From the NCBI RefSeq assembly GCF_004010195.1, contig NC_057720.1:32598378-32631880 (forward strand): 33,503 nt of DNA. The letters are read 5' to 3'. The position numbers and the translations under genes were made by a program. A model generated the notes under the pieces. That model made no database searches and was not told where the DNA came from. It was given only the letters and a program-made list of their open reading frames with translations. The DNA comes from Chiloscyllium plagiosum (lineage: Eukaryota). Of this stretch, positions 1 to 12,253 are shown piece by piece; position 1 is the stretch's first letter, and each line of letters begins with the position of its first letter.

Positions 1-989
1 TGCCAGAGTCCTTGTGTCACTGAGCAAACTGCCTTGTCTTGAGGAGAGCCCAAGAATATAAATTAGACAGTGTGCTGTTAAAGCTTACCCTATAAATCTC
101 TTCCAGTCAGACAGTGAAGAAAATGTTCATTAAAATAGTGAATGGAGGCTCAATGGTATTACACTCCCGCACTTGCCTCCCCAAAACTGAAATAAATTGT
201 GGTCATCTTTTTCGAGATGGCAGGAATGTGTGATTTCTTTAGTGGTGATACCAAGAAAAATGTTTCATGCTTCAGTCGTTATGTGGTTCAGACTTAAAAG
301 GAGTTAAATAACCAACTCTTCACAACCAATCTACTGTAACAATGGTGATGGCACAAGATATGTACTTTTACAGTATATCTTTATGCACTGCGTTCTTAGA
401 ATCAAGAAACACAAATGCTCACCTGTACTTTCTTTTATGGTCACATATAGACTAAAGCAGGATGAGTCAATTGAAGTATGGTTGCTAGCTCTCTTGGGTT
501 GTTCTGACTAGCTTTGAGAAAAAGAACACTGAAAGGACCCCAGGGTGGCCTAAGCATAGAGAGAATTAAAATTATTCTGACCACAAGGCATCTTAGTCAG
601 GAGACAATTCTGGGTGACTTGAGAGACAAACCCTATAACCTTAATGCATCTCGGAGTCTGGCAATGTTAATGAGACTCGATGTAAAGTGGTCTCCTGGCT
701 GTTTCAACAGTCATCTGTTGCTATCAGTCATGCCCTCTGGGTGCTGATGGCTTTCTGTATTGTCACAATGCTGCTGACCTTCTTCACCTAATTAGCAGCC
801 AACACCTGTTGTGAACAGTCACAGCCAGCAGCTAACAACCCCGTGACCTATTCGCAGAGGTCGCTGGACATGCACTGGCCACACCAAATGGTTGTGTCCT
901 GTATACAGCATTCAGATGTGCCATACCAAACATAATCCCCGCCAGCAAATCTCTTTTGCAGCAGCCTTGTCCCACCTGCTGCAGTCAAT

Positions 990-1545
990 GCATAAGGATA
1001 TCAGAAATAGGCCTCCACTCCATTTTTCCGCCCGCCTTCAGTAACTTTCACTCCCATGCAGATCAAAAGTCGTCCTGTAGTGCAGCATAAATTTCTTCAA
1101 TGCCTCAATTTACAGTGCTTTCTGAGGTAAAGCGTGCCAAAGATTACCAACCTGGATTAGAACATACATTTTTGCTTTCCACATTTGAGGATAATCCTCA
1201 TTTTCTTTGTAAGTGGTTAAAATTTATTCAGAAACTGTGCTATCCACTTCTCATTTCTCTCACAAGATGAAACACCTCTCTGCATCTACCCTCATAATCT
1301 TGTGTTTCAATAAAACACCTCTAATTCTTTTAAATGCCACTGAGTGTGGAACTGCATCCTGTGAGACAAATCCTTCATCCAAGGAAACAACTTAATGAGC
1401 CTTCTCTGAATTATCTCCTATCAAGTATTCCTCAAATGTGGAAAGCAAAAATGTAAGTTGTACACCAAGTTTGGTGTCACTAATGCCCTGTGCAGTTTTT
1501 ATACTCCATCGCCTTTGTAATAAAGGCCAAAATTCCAGTTGCTGT
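990..1545 (-). mobile_element. Old CR1-type LINE 3' fragment (degenerate)
   Basis: The minus strand gives a degraded CR1 ORF2 C-terminus (PNLVYNLHFCFPHLR, compare PHLEYCVQFWSPYLR) and a CR1-like 3' end; it resembles the 4640-5460 copy. Confidence 0.6.
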
Positions 1546-1821
1546 AATGCCGATTAATATACATCAAAGATGGATTGGTCAGTTGTTCTATGAGTTGAGG
1601 ACATATAGAATCCTGGTTATATTGTCACAGCAATGACATTTCCTGTACAATATTAAAATAGATAAAAGATATGTCTTTAACATGTAACTGTCTGCAGTAG
1701 GAATAAAACCTACGGCAGTAGGATCATAACATATAGTTTCACTGAGTATCACGGATGTTCTCATCTGTTGTGTTTAATTTTTTGCCTCCTTTAACCTTTT
1801 CTGCGTCCCCCTTTCAAACAG

Positions 1822-2102
1822 TTCCTGCCGCTGAGCAGATTGAGTTTGCCCAGTTCCCTTTCTACCTGACTGGCCTGCAGCAAACTTCAGATTTCATCGA
1901 AGCCATTGAGAGCGTCAGAGCAATATGTGAAGAGTTCACGAAGAAGGGGGTGCTCAACTATCCCAATGGTTACCCTTTCCTGTTCTGGGAGCAGTACATC
2001 GGCCTACGGCACTGGTTTCTACTCTCTGTCAGCATTGTATTGGCGTGCACATTCCTGGTGTGTGCTCTTCTGCTGCTCAATCCTTGGACAGCCGGCATCA
2101 TT
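1822..2102 (+). CDS. PTCH2: Patched (PTCH2-type) internal exon, 281 bp: end of extracellular loop 2 and TM8 (equivalent to human PTCH1 exon 18)
   Basis: Polypyrimidine tract and acceptor ...ttcaaacAG end at 1821; donor GTAAGT at 2103. Translates (x)[18 protein letters not shown]...[20 protein letters not shown]...[14 protein letters not shown], a recognisable Patched sequence. Length and phase-1 start match the vertebrate PTCH exon. IEFAQ and ALLLLNPW are PTCH2-type. Confidence 0.95.
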
Positions 2103-2984
2103 GTAAGTGTCTATCATAGTTAACATGACAACATTAATATGATGGGCAGGCCTGTGGAGGCAGATGTTTTTTCCAGTGTTGAATCTTCCAAAATGTTTCA
2201 ACTTCTTTGCAAGATTTTTTTCATTTTATTCAACTACTGGATCTCTTAAAGAGTTACATCATGAATACTCCCCCTACAAATGTAGTGTTTGGGTGGTTTG
2301 AGGTTAGGTATGGATTCCTTTAATTTTTTTCTTGTATATTTTTCAGTTGCCTTGTTTTTCTTATCTCTACACTACCCCACTATCTCAGTGGAGAGTTTAG
2401 CGTACAAGCAGCTTCTAGGTGCCTTATAATGTTTCTTCATTACCTGTTATCATTGGCTGTTTATTTAGCAATTTTGCTTTTGAATGGAAAATCATACAGT
2501 AGAGAGAGAAACCCAAGAGGAGAGATAATTGAAAAGTAGGATTATGCAATTTTATGTTCAGCAAAAAATAACGTAGAAATATTTAAAGTCAACATTATCA
2601 ATGCTATATAACCCACAAGCATAAAGAATGAAAATGAGGTGTGTGTTCTTATGTGCGAGAGAATGCATGCAGAGCTCACTATGTTATTTATGAATAACAT
2701 AGTGCTGTTACCTCCAATTAACAACTAAAACTTAGAACTCTGTGTGGTGAAGTGTATTAAAACAATTGTTCTGCATTTGCATACACAAACTGTTCAGTTT
2801 AATTTAAACTTTGCTAAATTGATCCTGCAGTTCATGGCATCCATTTGTGACAATATCCCCTCTGCCCAGTATTTTCGACCAAACAATTCCCTTTTCAGAT
2901 GGGCAGGATCCTGAAACTGTTTGAAGTTCAGAACTTGCCTTTGATTTTCTGTAAGGAAAAAACAATACAAAAACATAATTAAGA

Positions 2985-3115
2985 TTGTAGCTTGATAAAC
3001 TTGCGGGGGCTATAAGCATAGGACGAGGTAACAATGTTGACTGGATCACTCTTTGGAGAGCTGACAACAACTCAGTGGACCAAATGGCCTACTCATATGC
3101 TGTCAAGATCTGATA
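2985..3115 (+). mobile_element. Probable CR1 3' tail fragment
   Basis: ...gagagctgacaacaactcagtggaccaaatggcctactcatatgctgt resembles the CR1 3' terminal motif also seen at about 18980 (gggccaaatggcctactcctg). Confidence 0.4.
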
Positions 3116-3874
3116 ATAATGACGCTTTGACTGTAATAGTCTTCATGTTAGATAATGATTCCCTTTTCATTGACAGTGACACAACTTGGATGGAGCCTTT
3201 TACAGTTGTTCCTGGGAGGAGCAAAGTAGCACTAGCTGCTGTATTCCTTGCAAGGACATTTGGAAAGCTGTTGGGTTGCTAGTCAAGTTGCTGTAACATT
3301 TGTTCATCAGGCACATTTTTTTTTGTAGTTACAAGATCAATCAATGCTTTAAAAATGAGTTGAAGTTGACAATATAATTGCCAGAGAAAATACAGCACGA
3401 TACCCTCATTTTTATAACTTTACTAGTCTCTGAAGAACCACCTACAGTTGCCAATAAATTAACTTGTAGGGGATATTGTTTGAGGTTGATGGAGTACAGT
3501 GGGAAGTAATCATTTAAGAAAACAGCGATAAAATAGTCAGTGCTCAAGGGATCCCCACATCCCGGTCTGTCTGAATTTGGGGAAAGAATTGTCCTTGACT
3601 TGACCTTCAAGTGCTAAATTCATCCATCAGTAACTGACGGGTTATAGCAGGAGAGTAGCTGGGAAGGATTTCACAGTAATGAGGGGGAGGCCTGTTGGCC
3701 AGGAGGGGTCACCGCAAGGCATTTTTCCAGAGCCCAGTTAATAATACCATGAAAAGCAAACCTAGCTTCAAGAGAAAACTGCCAAAGACTGATTCTTTTG
3801 GAAAGGGATCTGTGTACATACTTTATATTGACAAATGTAAAATGAATAAGATTTTGCAAAGCCAGATGTGTCTC

Positions 3875-4281
3875 TGTTCTGGCTCAATAGAAGTACTGTT
3901 GCTTCAGAGCCAAAGGTTTTTGGACTCAAGTCTCACACCAGAAACCCAAGCATAAAATTCAGGTTGACACTCCATTACAATACTGAGAGAGATGCCACCT
4001 TCTCAAAGAGATGATACATTGAAACCAATCTGCCCCTTCAGGTAGTTGGAAATGATTCCATGTCACTATTAGCTTTGTCAATATCTGTCTTCAACAAACA
4101 TCATTGAAAAGAACAAATTATCAGGTCACTATTTCATTGATGTTTGTCAGAACTTGCTGTAAGCAAAGTGGGTGCTGTGATTCCAACATTACAAATCTGT
4201 TTCAAAAGTACTTCATTGTCAGTAAAACCCATTGAGAGTCCTAAGGTTGTGAAATATATAAATGTAGGTCTTTCTTTCCTT
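3875..4281 (+). mobile_element. Deu-domain tRNA-derived SINE (SacSINE1-like), degenerate
   Basis: tRNA-like head (tggctcaatag...ggactcaagtc), Deu-like core (aacatcattgaaaagaacaaattatcaggtcact...cttgctgtaagcaaagt) and tail (ttcaaaagtacttcattg...tatataaatgtaggtctttctt); similar to copies at 6259, 11850 and 14265/15089. Confidence 0.7.
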
Positions 4282-4639
4282 AGTGTGTAACAATGACATC
4301 AGATGCATTTAAAATCTGCTTTAACATAATGAAACATCCTGAGGCTCTTCATAAAGTCATAATCAGACAAGTGTAAGATATTTATACAGCTGTGACGCCA
4401 TTTTGGATTATTTATTTATGCAAATATATTATCCTGTGAAAATATATTTATTCCTCAGCAACGTCTTTTAATCTTATAAATTAGGTTTACTTAATAACAC
4501 AGCTATGGTACCATAATGTTGTAAAAGAGCTCCTATATTGTATATGTGACATATATGATTTGGAGCGTTATGGAGAATTGACAATAATTACTAAAGAACA
4601 TGAAAATGTTTAGGAATAGCTATCAACCAGTAAGTACAA

Positions 4640-5460
4640 TAAACCTAGTCCTTTTTGGTAAATTGGAGTTAGAACCAGGCGAAAGCCATTTGAACCTTGG
4701 AAATGTTCCACTGTTCATAAAGTTCATGCCTGATCTGATTAGGATCTCAATTTCACTTTGCTGTCAGCTTACTATATTACCTTGATTCTATTATCTATCA
4801 AAAATCTAACTCAATCTTGAATACATTCAATATCACAGCCTCCATAGGTTTCTGAGTTCCACAGCCTAATAATATATACTCAGAAAAAATAAATCTCCAC
4901 ATTAAAAGTGAGATCTCTTATTCTTATACTGTCTGTTAGCTCCAGTCTCCCCTTCAAGGAGAAGTGTCCTGTCACAAGTTACCCTGTCAAGATCCCTCAG
5001 AATTTTATATTTTTTGATTAGATCTCCTTTCATTCTTCTCAACTCCAATAGGTAAAGATGCAACCTGTTCAACCTTTGTTTATAAGCTTTTCAATCCTCG
5101 AATGAGTGAGTGGACCTTCTCTGAACTGATTCCAATGAAACTATGCCCCTTTTCAAATCAGGAGACCAGAATTGTGTGCAGTCCTCCAGATGTAGTGTCA
5201 CTGTGGCCCTGTACAGCTGCAATATCATTTCCCTACTTTTATGGTCCGTTTCCCCTTGCAATAAATACCAGCATTCCATTTGGCTTTCTAATTCCTTGCT
5301 CTGCCTGCATACTAACTTTTTATGATTCATGTTGGTCGGCATGGACGAGTTGGACCAAAGGTTCTGTTTCTGTGCTGTACATCTCTATGACTATATGTAC
5401 GAGGGTATCCAGATCCTTCTGCACCTCCAATTATCTCACCATAACCCTCACAAGGTCTTC
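4640..5460 (-). mobile_element. CR1-type LINE 3' fragment
   Basis: The minus-strand ORF 5091-5342 reads EMILQLYRATVTLHLEDCTQFWSPDLKRGIVSLESVQRRST, a degenerate CR1 ORF2 C-terminal motif; flanking sequence continues the similarity. Confidence 0.75.
5333..5394 (+). mobile_element. Extremely 5'-truncated HER1/CR1 insertion (3' tail only) inside the older antisense CR1
   Basis: tggtcggcatggacgagttggaccaaaggttctgtttctgtgctgtacatctctatgactat is nearly identical to the LINE tails at about 15030-15088 and 28915-28980. Confidence 0.8.
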
Positions 5461-6258
5461 TCTCCAATGATATCTTATAGTATCTTGAATTTATTTTAAT
5501 TTTTCTGCTTGAACAACTTTCTCTGGTGAGAGACCATGTGATGTTAGCCTGATCCCCAGGAGCTCAGTGGGTTTACACAGTGAATAAGTGAACCACAGAA
5601 CACAGCCCAGTTGCCTTGTCACCCCACCTCAACGTTACCACCATCTGTTCTCTAAAATTTCAACAAGAGAATTTGTTATGTCTTTAAGTTATGTGATTAA
5701 GAGTAAGTTCAGAAATGGAAACTGAACAGATAGTTGGGGTTAAGTATCAAGGAAGTAAATGAATTCAAGGCCTTTGATTGATTTTCATCAACTACTCAAG
5801 TTTTACAATTGTAATTTGAGATTTCATCTCATACAGCACATCCCCTTCCACCTCGCAACACACCCTCCACTCAACTGGAGCCTCATATTTTACTCTCAGG
5901 GATCTATTAAACTGCGCCTTCGCTGAGCTTCAAATGATGGCCTTCAAGACATGTGGAATTGTAATATCAGAAATCTCCACTTGTTCAGTTGGCCACGAAA
6001 CAGTCAGCATGCACCAGCACCAAGGCTGAAGGATGAGCTATTCCTCAACATTCTCCTTCCCTTGAGGAGCACAGCCAGTTTTTTGTTTGACTTAGATTGG
6101 AAAATAATTATGCGGAAAGAAAAGGTTAATGCAGCTTGAATCTGAAGTCTTTTTTACAGTTTTAAGGCACACACATAGTGCCATAACAATATTTTCCTTG
6201 AAAACTCTGATTAAAAGAACATTACTTTGGAATTTAAAAACCACTCTTTGTTTATCAA

Positions 6259-6690
6259 CCATGGCTGAGCTGGTGGTATCCTCACTTCTGAGTCACAAGG
6301 CAGTGGGTTCAATTCCCATTCCAAAGATTTCGACAAAGAAGTTGAGGCTTAGAAACTGCTATAGCCCCAAGGGAGTATAGCATTGTTGGAAGAACTGTTC
6401 ATAGGATGGGATCTTAAACCTATACTCTTTCTGTGTTGGACATCAAAAAAATCACACAACATTTTTTCAGAGAAGTGCGGGTATGTTAGCCACCAATGTC
6501 TTGGATAACATATATCCCTCAATCCAGGACAAGGTTAAAAAAAAAGAGGTTATCTAGTCATTAAACAATTACTGTTCATTGAAAATTGCTGTGTAAAAAT
6601 GAGTAGATTACAACAATTACTGCACTTGGTTGACTATAGAATGCTTTGGACCATGCTGAAATTGTGAAAGAGGCTATATTAATACGATTT
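6259..6690 (+). mobile_element. Deu-domain tRNA-derived SINE, degenerate
   Basis: Head with A-box-like tggctgagctggtgg and B-box gggttcaattcc; core aacatatatccctcaatc...ttatctagtcatta...ttgctgtgtaaaaatg; tail gtgaaagaggctatat. Confidence 0.7.
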
Positions 6691-8297
6691 TAATTGATTT
6701 CCCATTATTTGATGTTTAGTTACAGTGGTGATAATGCCTTTACAACAGTGAAATACTGAAAACTCATCCATGTATAGTAATCCTATTCAATTTCATTATG
6801 AAGGAATTTGAATTTATCTATGGTTCCTTTTGCACCAGTCAAACAACAGGGTATGCGTGACAAAACCTGCCTTGTGCTGACATCAAAGCAAGAATCTTAT
6901 CACAGCTTAGGTACAGGGGAAGCGAAATAAGTAAAGACAGAACCAATTTTCATACAAGCACACAAATCCTTGGCTGTTCATTGCAATCATGAGTCAAATG
7001 TGCCAAGTGTCAACATGTTAGCATAAAAGTTGAGTGGATATTGTTGTGTGAAATAAAAAATGGAAATAAAAGGTTTCCTTGTCCCCACTTTAAAGGTGGT
7101 AGATATTCCCTGTAAACATTAAATCACAGGAGGCCCCTGTAACTCGATGCCTAACAGATGATAATGGCAGTAAGGTTCAGAGAGAATGCTCAGTTGCTGC
7201 TAACCTCATCTTCTCCCGTTCTGGGCTAGAGGGGACTAGAGGAATTTACATTTAAATAGCTTGCAGCCGAAGATAAAAGGACACATTATAAACAAACCCC
7301 TTGCTCTAGCATTTACTTACAAAGGGCAATATCTTTCTCCTCTCTGGTTTTGAAGTTAACCCTTCAAGTCAATCCTCAAATTTGTAGGAAGCTTTTTCTC
7401 ATTCTGTCAATAAGATGAATGTCTTTGCTGTTTCCAACATTCAAAATCTTGAAATGTTAATTCCAAATCAGGAACTTCCTCTTCTTTTGCCTTGGATGTT
7501 TTAACTGGAAAATGTCATTGATTAAAGTGATAATGTGGGAAACCTGCAGTAATTCAATGCGTGTCATCATCAATGGAATAACCCAGTGAAAGTAAAGGCA
7601 GAATCTGTTTCAGTCAAAATATTCTACTATGTGAGGAAATATAAATAATTCAGTGTAAGATACTCCATTTATGTTTCGACATGCACAACATATTATAACA
7701 TGCAACGTTGTGGATAGCAATTAATGAGCATTGTCCTTATCACACTGATCTCATACATTTTTTCAATTTTTATCAATAAGATTCAAAAGGTCTGCATTAC
7801 ATGAAGAGGTAATGGGAGGAGTGGTCCCCTTTTGGCAAACTCCATATCAGCTGGCCAACAGCAAAATATTTTCCCAATCTGATATGACTTTTTTTTTGTA
7901 AAAACAAGTTAATTGAATTCTAAATATTATGCACTTTTCTCCATCAATTTTATTCTGGCACATGCGATCCTTTAGAATTTGTGATGGCCATTCCACTGAT
8001 TCGTTCCTCAATTAAAACTAAACCGTCCAATTTTCATTCTTTTATTAATATTTCTTTAGTACTTTCTCTGTCTCTGTATTTTGAATCCTTGCTTCAAATG
8101 GAAATTGTGATTAAATTAATAGCTTAGCGGTACGTCATCTAACTCACCCAGTTTCATATATACAAGGCCAAATTATTTGTAGGTACTTTGCCCAGTCACT
8201 TCCCATTGAAGACTGACTTTTTGTCACCTAGGCTTAAGCCACTGAGAACTCATGGTTTCCCTGCATGTCTAAGTCCTTCACCTTTGTTTATCTGCAG

Positions 8298-8435
8298 GTA
8301 TTTGTCCTTGCTATGATGACAGTAGAACTCTTTGGAATTATGGGACTCATGGGCATCAAACTGAGTGCAATTCCTGTCGTGATCTTGATTGCATCTGTTG
8401 GAATTGGAGTGGAATTCACTGTCCATGTAGCTCTG
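8298..8435 (+). CDS. PTCH2: Patched exon, 138 bp: TM9-TM10 with the RND-type GxxxE motif (GIGVEF)
   Basis: Acceptor tttatctgcAG ends at 8297; donor GTGAGT at 8436. Translates [46 protein letters not shown]; phase 0/0. ELFGIMG and LSAIPVV are PTCH2-type. Confidence 0.96.
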
Positions 8436-8544
8436 GTGAGTAGATCTATTCTTTCTAGTATATAATTACCAACAAGGATAACTACAGCCCATACCATGGC
8501 AATGACTTCTGACCACAGTCAAATCTTGGTCTGAAGCTGTATCT

Positions 8545-8797
8545 CTCTTTCAGATTTTTTATTTCTGCATGCCTCCTATTTCCTTTGCCCCATTATTGCC
8601 AGCCATGCTTTCTGCTCTCAAAGCCTTAAATTCTGGTGTTCCTTCCCCAAATCTCTCAGCATATCTACTGTCCTCGAAAAAGCTTATCGAGTTTTAGCCA
8701 TTCCTCCAAATGTATTCTTTGTCTATATTACTTCAGTGAAGGCTCTTGGTCAAATTTTCTACTCTTAAAGTGCCAATTAAATGCGAACTGATGATGC
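8545..8797 (+). mobile_element. L2-type LINE 3' end, degenerate
   Basis: ccattattgccagccatgctttctgctctcaaagccttaaattctgg...gtgaaggctcttgg...taaagtgccaattaaatgcgaactgatg resembles the reverse complement of the L2 3' end at 31437-31645. Confidence 0.5.
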
Positions 8798-9269
8798 TGA
8801 TAAAATTGAAATGTAGAATGGAGTAATTTAGCTGCAGAATAGATTTAATATTGTGACTACATACAACAGTCTGAAAATAAAGTATTTTCCTTTTGCAGCA
8901 AAAAAGAAATAAGCATCTGGTGTATTTAGCAGATTCATTTGAGTTTCTGATAAATCCTTTAGTTTAACTTCGAAAGTTTTTTTTTCTGTCATGGCTTATC
9001 AGCATTACTGAGAAAGTTAGCATTTGTTGCCAAAGTTTAATTGTTCTTGAATTGAGTGGCATTCAAAAGTCAACCACATTGCTGTGGGTCTGGAGTTACA
9101 TGGAAGCTGGGCCAAGTGAGGGTGGCAGATTTCCTTCACTAAAATAAACAGTGAGTTTTTACAACAATGGACAGTGGCTACATGCTTGCCATTGGATTAG
9201 CTTTTCATTCCAGATTTTTATTGAATGTAGATTCCATCAGCTTTTGTGATGAGATTTGAAACCTTGTTC

Positions 9270-9382
9270 CAATATTCCAAACAAGAGTCACATTGGACTC
9301 AGACCATTAACCCTGATTATTTCTCCACAGATGCTGCCCAACCTGCTGAGTTTCTTCAGCATTTTTTGTTTTTATTTCAGAT
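9270..9382 (+). mobile_element. Penelope-like terminal fragment (continues at 9679-9708 after the HE1 insertion)
   Basis: ctccacagatgctgcccaacctgctgagtttcttcagcattttttgtttttatttcagat...ctccaacatctacagt parallels the Penelope-type terminus gatgctgcctgacctgctgcgcttttccagca at 30698-30730 and the reverse complement of 30551-30570. Confidence 0.65.
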
Positions 9383-9678
9383 CTGCTGCCTCACAGCGCC
9401 AGAGACCAGGTTCAGTTCCCACCTCAGGCGACTGACTGTGGAGTTTGCACATTCTCCCCGTGTCAGTGTGGGTTTCCTCCGGTTTCCTCCCACAGTCTAA
9501 AAATGTGCAGGTTAGGTGAATTGGCCATGCTAAATTGCCCGTAGTGTTGGGTGAAGGGATATATGTAGGGGAATGGGTCTGGGTGGGTTGCGCTTTGACA
9601 GGTCGGTGTGAACTTGTTGGACCGAAGGGCCTGTTTCCACACTGTAAGCAATCTAATCTAAAGTAATCTAATCTAATC
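9383..9678 (+). mobile_element. HE1 (V-SINE) element, slightly 5'-truncated
   Basis: Highly similar to the full copy at 31979-32304: V-domain gtggagtttgcacattctccccgtg...ggtttcctcccacagt, CR1-like tail and (TAATC)n end. Confidence 0.9.
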
Positions 9679-9852
9679 TCCAACATCTACAGTATTTTAC
9701 ATTTATTCCACAGCATTAGCCAACTGTCTAGATCACTAGGCCATTGATAGAACTACTCCACCACCGACTCCCACTAAGTGTTTAAGTGCATTTCTTTTAT
9801 ATTTGTACAATTTGACCATTGATATCAATATGCCTTATTTGTTACATTATAG

Positions 9853-9995
9853 GGTTTCCTGACTGCCATTGGAAATAGGAATTTACGTTCTGCTGTGGCA
9901 CTGGAACACATGTTTGCACCAGTGATAGACGGTGCAATCTCCACACTACTCGGAGTCCTGATGTTGGCTGGTTCTGAGTTTGACTTCATCATTAG
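9853..9995 (+). CDS. PTCH2: Patched exon, 143 bp: TM11 region (absent from the ORF track)
   Basis: Acceptor cattatAG ends at 9852; donor GTAGGT at 9996. Translates [47 protein letters not shown](R) and ends with 2 nt (AG) completed by the next exon. GFLT, RNLR and DGAIST are PTCH2-type. Confidence 0.96.
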
Positions 9996-11849
9996 GTAGG
10001 TTTTGAACAGGGCCCCTATACGGGCAAATATTTCTGGCAGATTTCTCTTTTACATTATCCACCACAAATGAAATGGATGGGAGAATTATTTCAAAGCATT
10101 TTTCAATTCTATTTCAATTTCTTTTTTCTGCTGCTGATGTTGGTTAAATACTATTCCCAAACCAAGAAGGTACACAAGAGAAGAAATTTTAACAAGCTTG
10201 CCAACTGAGAGAATGTGCAAACATAGACAATTTTAAAGTAACGCTCGTGGTGAAAAACCTACAGGACTGAGTGGATGTTGCATTTACACTCATCCCAGTG
10301 ACCTTAATAGAGTGTAAAATTGAGGAAGTTGAAAAACTAGTGGAATCTCGATCACTGCTAGAAAATAGATAGTTATAGATAATGTTGATTTTCTGTTGGA
10401 GGTTCAGCTTCATTGAACAGAATTTGATGCCACCTGTGAGTCTGGTCGTGGTGAGGTATTTACTCAGGCAGGAGGAGACAAGTGGGACCCTGTCTGGGTG
10501 TGAAAGCTTGCGGTGTCCTTTCCACTTAGATGCTAATTGAGGTTCTTAAGTGGTTAGTGGCAGTTGCCACCACTTTCAATGGCTGTGACATTCAGCTTCC
10601 CCAGGCTTTGGAATGGCCTATCTACAGTAACTCTTATCTCTGGAATGGTTGTGTTATTGGAGATGGTAGCTAAGATGGTAAAATAGCTTTTTACTTTGAA
10701 AGACGTACATGATTCAAAGAAGTGATGTAATTGCTGAAATATTCCTTACCCTCGAAGTGACATAAGATCAAACTAATAGAGCACCTCAACCTACTTCAGC
10801 ACTACAGTTGAATACAGCTTTGTATTTATCATTTCAGGTTAAATATTCTTCAAATGTCAACTTTAATAAACTGCATTCTTTAAATCTTGCTAAAGGTATA
10901 ACAAATACCCACAGTAGAATTGCTGAGGTGCTGATGCTGCCTCCAGTGTATGTAGCAGATTTGATGCCCATCTGTAATAGTGCTTTAAGACTTGTCATCA
11001 CTCGCTGTAAGGGTGATACTCAGCTGTCGTTCCTATTCATTTGATTGATGTAACCTATGACACTGAGTAGATATCCAGTCCATAAGTACTCCCAGAGCAG
11101 AAGTTATACTTTAACATGCTGGCTTCCGGAGGGGACCAGGATGAATGTTTTAAGTGCCAAAACCATTGCTTTGAGTAAAATGGAACTCGTGAGATTTTAA
11201 ATAATGTAGAAAATTTAAAAGGCAATCACAAAATAAATGCTAAACTATCTTTAGTTCTTTACCTCTTCCTCCTCAATGTGCTTCCTTTTTTCCTAGAACC
11301 ATACCATTAAGTAGGGCTGACAATTCTACTTTACAGTGATTTGTCAGATCAGCTTCAGTGGCTAGTGACTCATGGAGGCCAACATTCCCTGGGGCACGGC
11401 TCTAACTCTGGTAGAACTTACTATAAAATGATGGACAGAGATAATCTGGCATATTTTGTAAGGAACTTAGTTTGCACCATCCCTTAAAGGACAGACATTT
11501 TCTGGGCCAGAGACTGGGCAGCATCTCATTTTATTGGGACTTTCTGCTCCATTAAGCTAAATGGAACCCAGCATTTATAATTGCTGAAGGCCGGCACATT
11601 GGGGAGGGAGAGATCTAAAACCAGGTGAAATTTGTCACTTCAGTCCCAGGCTTTAACACCATCTAGCTGTCATGGATATACGCTTGAAAGGTTGAAACTA
11701 TTCCACTTCCCTTGCCAAAGAGAAATTTCAATTATGATCTTTGGATATAAAGCAATAGCAGAAACAAAACAAAGATTATTTGATTGTCATATCTTCCCGC
11801 ATCCATATTTTCCAAAATGCAGCATTCGTCAGTCACAGCATGTTCCATG

Positions 11850-12253
11850 TAAGAAAGACTTGTCATGACCTCAGGACATTCCAAAGCCTTAACAGCCAGT
11901 GAAGCACTTTTGAAATGTTGGAATATAGAAAACGTAATAACCAATTTGCACACAGCCCCACAAGCAGAAATGAAGTAATCTGCTTTCCGTGTCACTTGAG
12001 GGGCACCAGGGAGAACACCACTACTATTATATGATGTAGTGCCACAGGGCTTTTTTTTAAACAGCTCCCCAAGAACGCAGACGCGGCATATGTTCACTGT
12101 CTCAGCCAACCGACAGCTCCTCCAATAGCACTGTACTCCCTCATTACAGCTGTGGAGTACCAGCCTGGGCTATGCATGAAGACTCTGATGTGGAGCACGA
12201 ATGCACACTTTCTGACTTATAAGCAAGAGTGCTACCACTGAACCATGACCGAC
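11850..12253 (-). mobile_element. Deu-domain tRNA-derived SINE, degenerate
   Basis: Reverse complement of the 3875/6259 family: aagaaagacttg tail, cagccagtgaagcacttttgaa, ccaatttgcacacagc, and head gagtgctaccactgaaccatg. Confidence 0.7.

Larger units (their letters stand above)
9000..9772 (-). mobile_element. tRNA-derived SINE (family not named), split by nested insertions at about 9270-9708
   Basis: Shares blocks with 27925-29222 (caaccacattgctgtgggtctggagttaca, gcagatttcct, ttttacaacaat, cattagcc...gatcacta). The minus strand has a tRNA-like head, with the A-box near 9755-9770 and the B-box near 9250-9262. Confidence 0.65.

Noticed and set aside
2290..2298. GLI-like site TGGGTGGTT (weaker ones near 542 and 26090) in a Hedgehog target gene
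   Set aside because: These are single mismatched 9-mers. I saw no perfect GACCACCCA and no cluster, so they cannot be distinguished from chance.
8295..8303. AG|GT at exon starts (8298, 16832) as recursive splice sites
   Set aside because: The reconstituted donors (GTATTT, GTACTT) are weak and explained by the conserved coding sequence.
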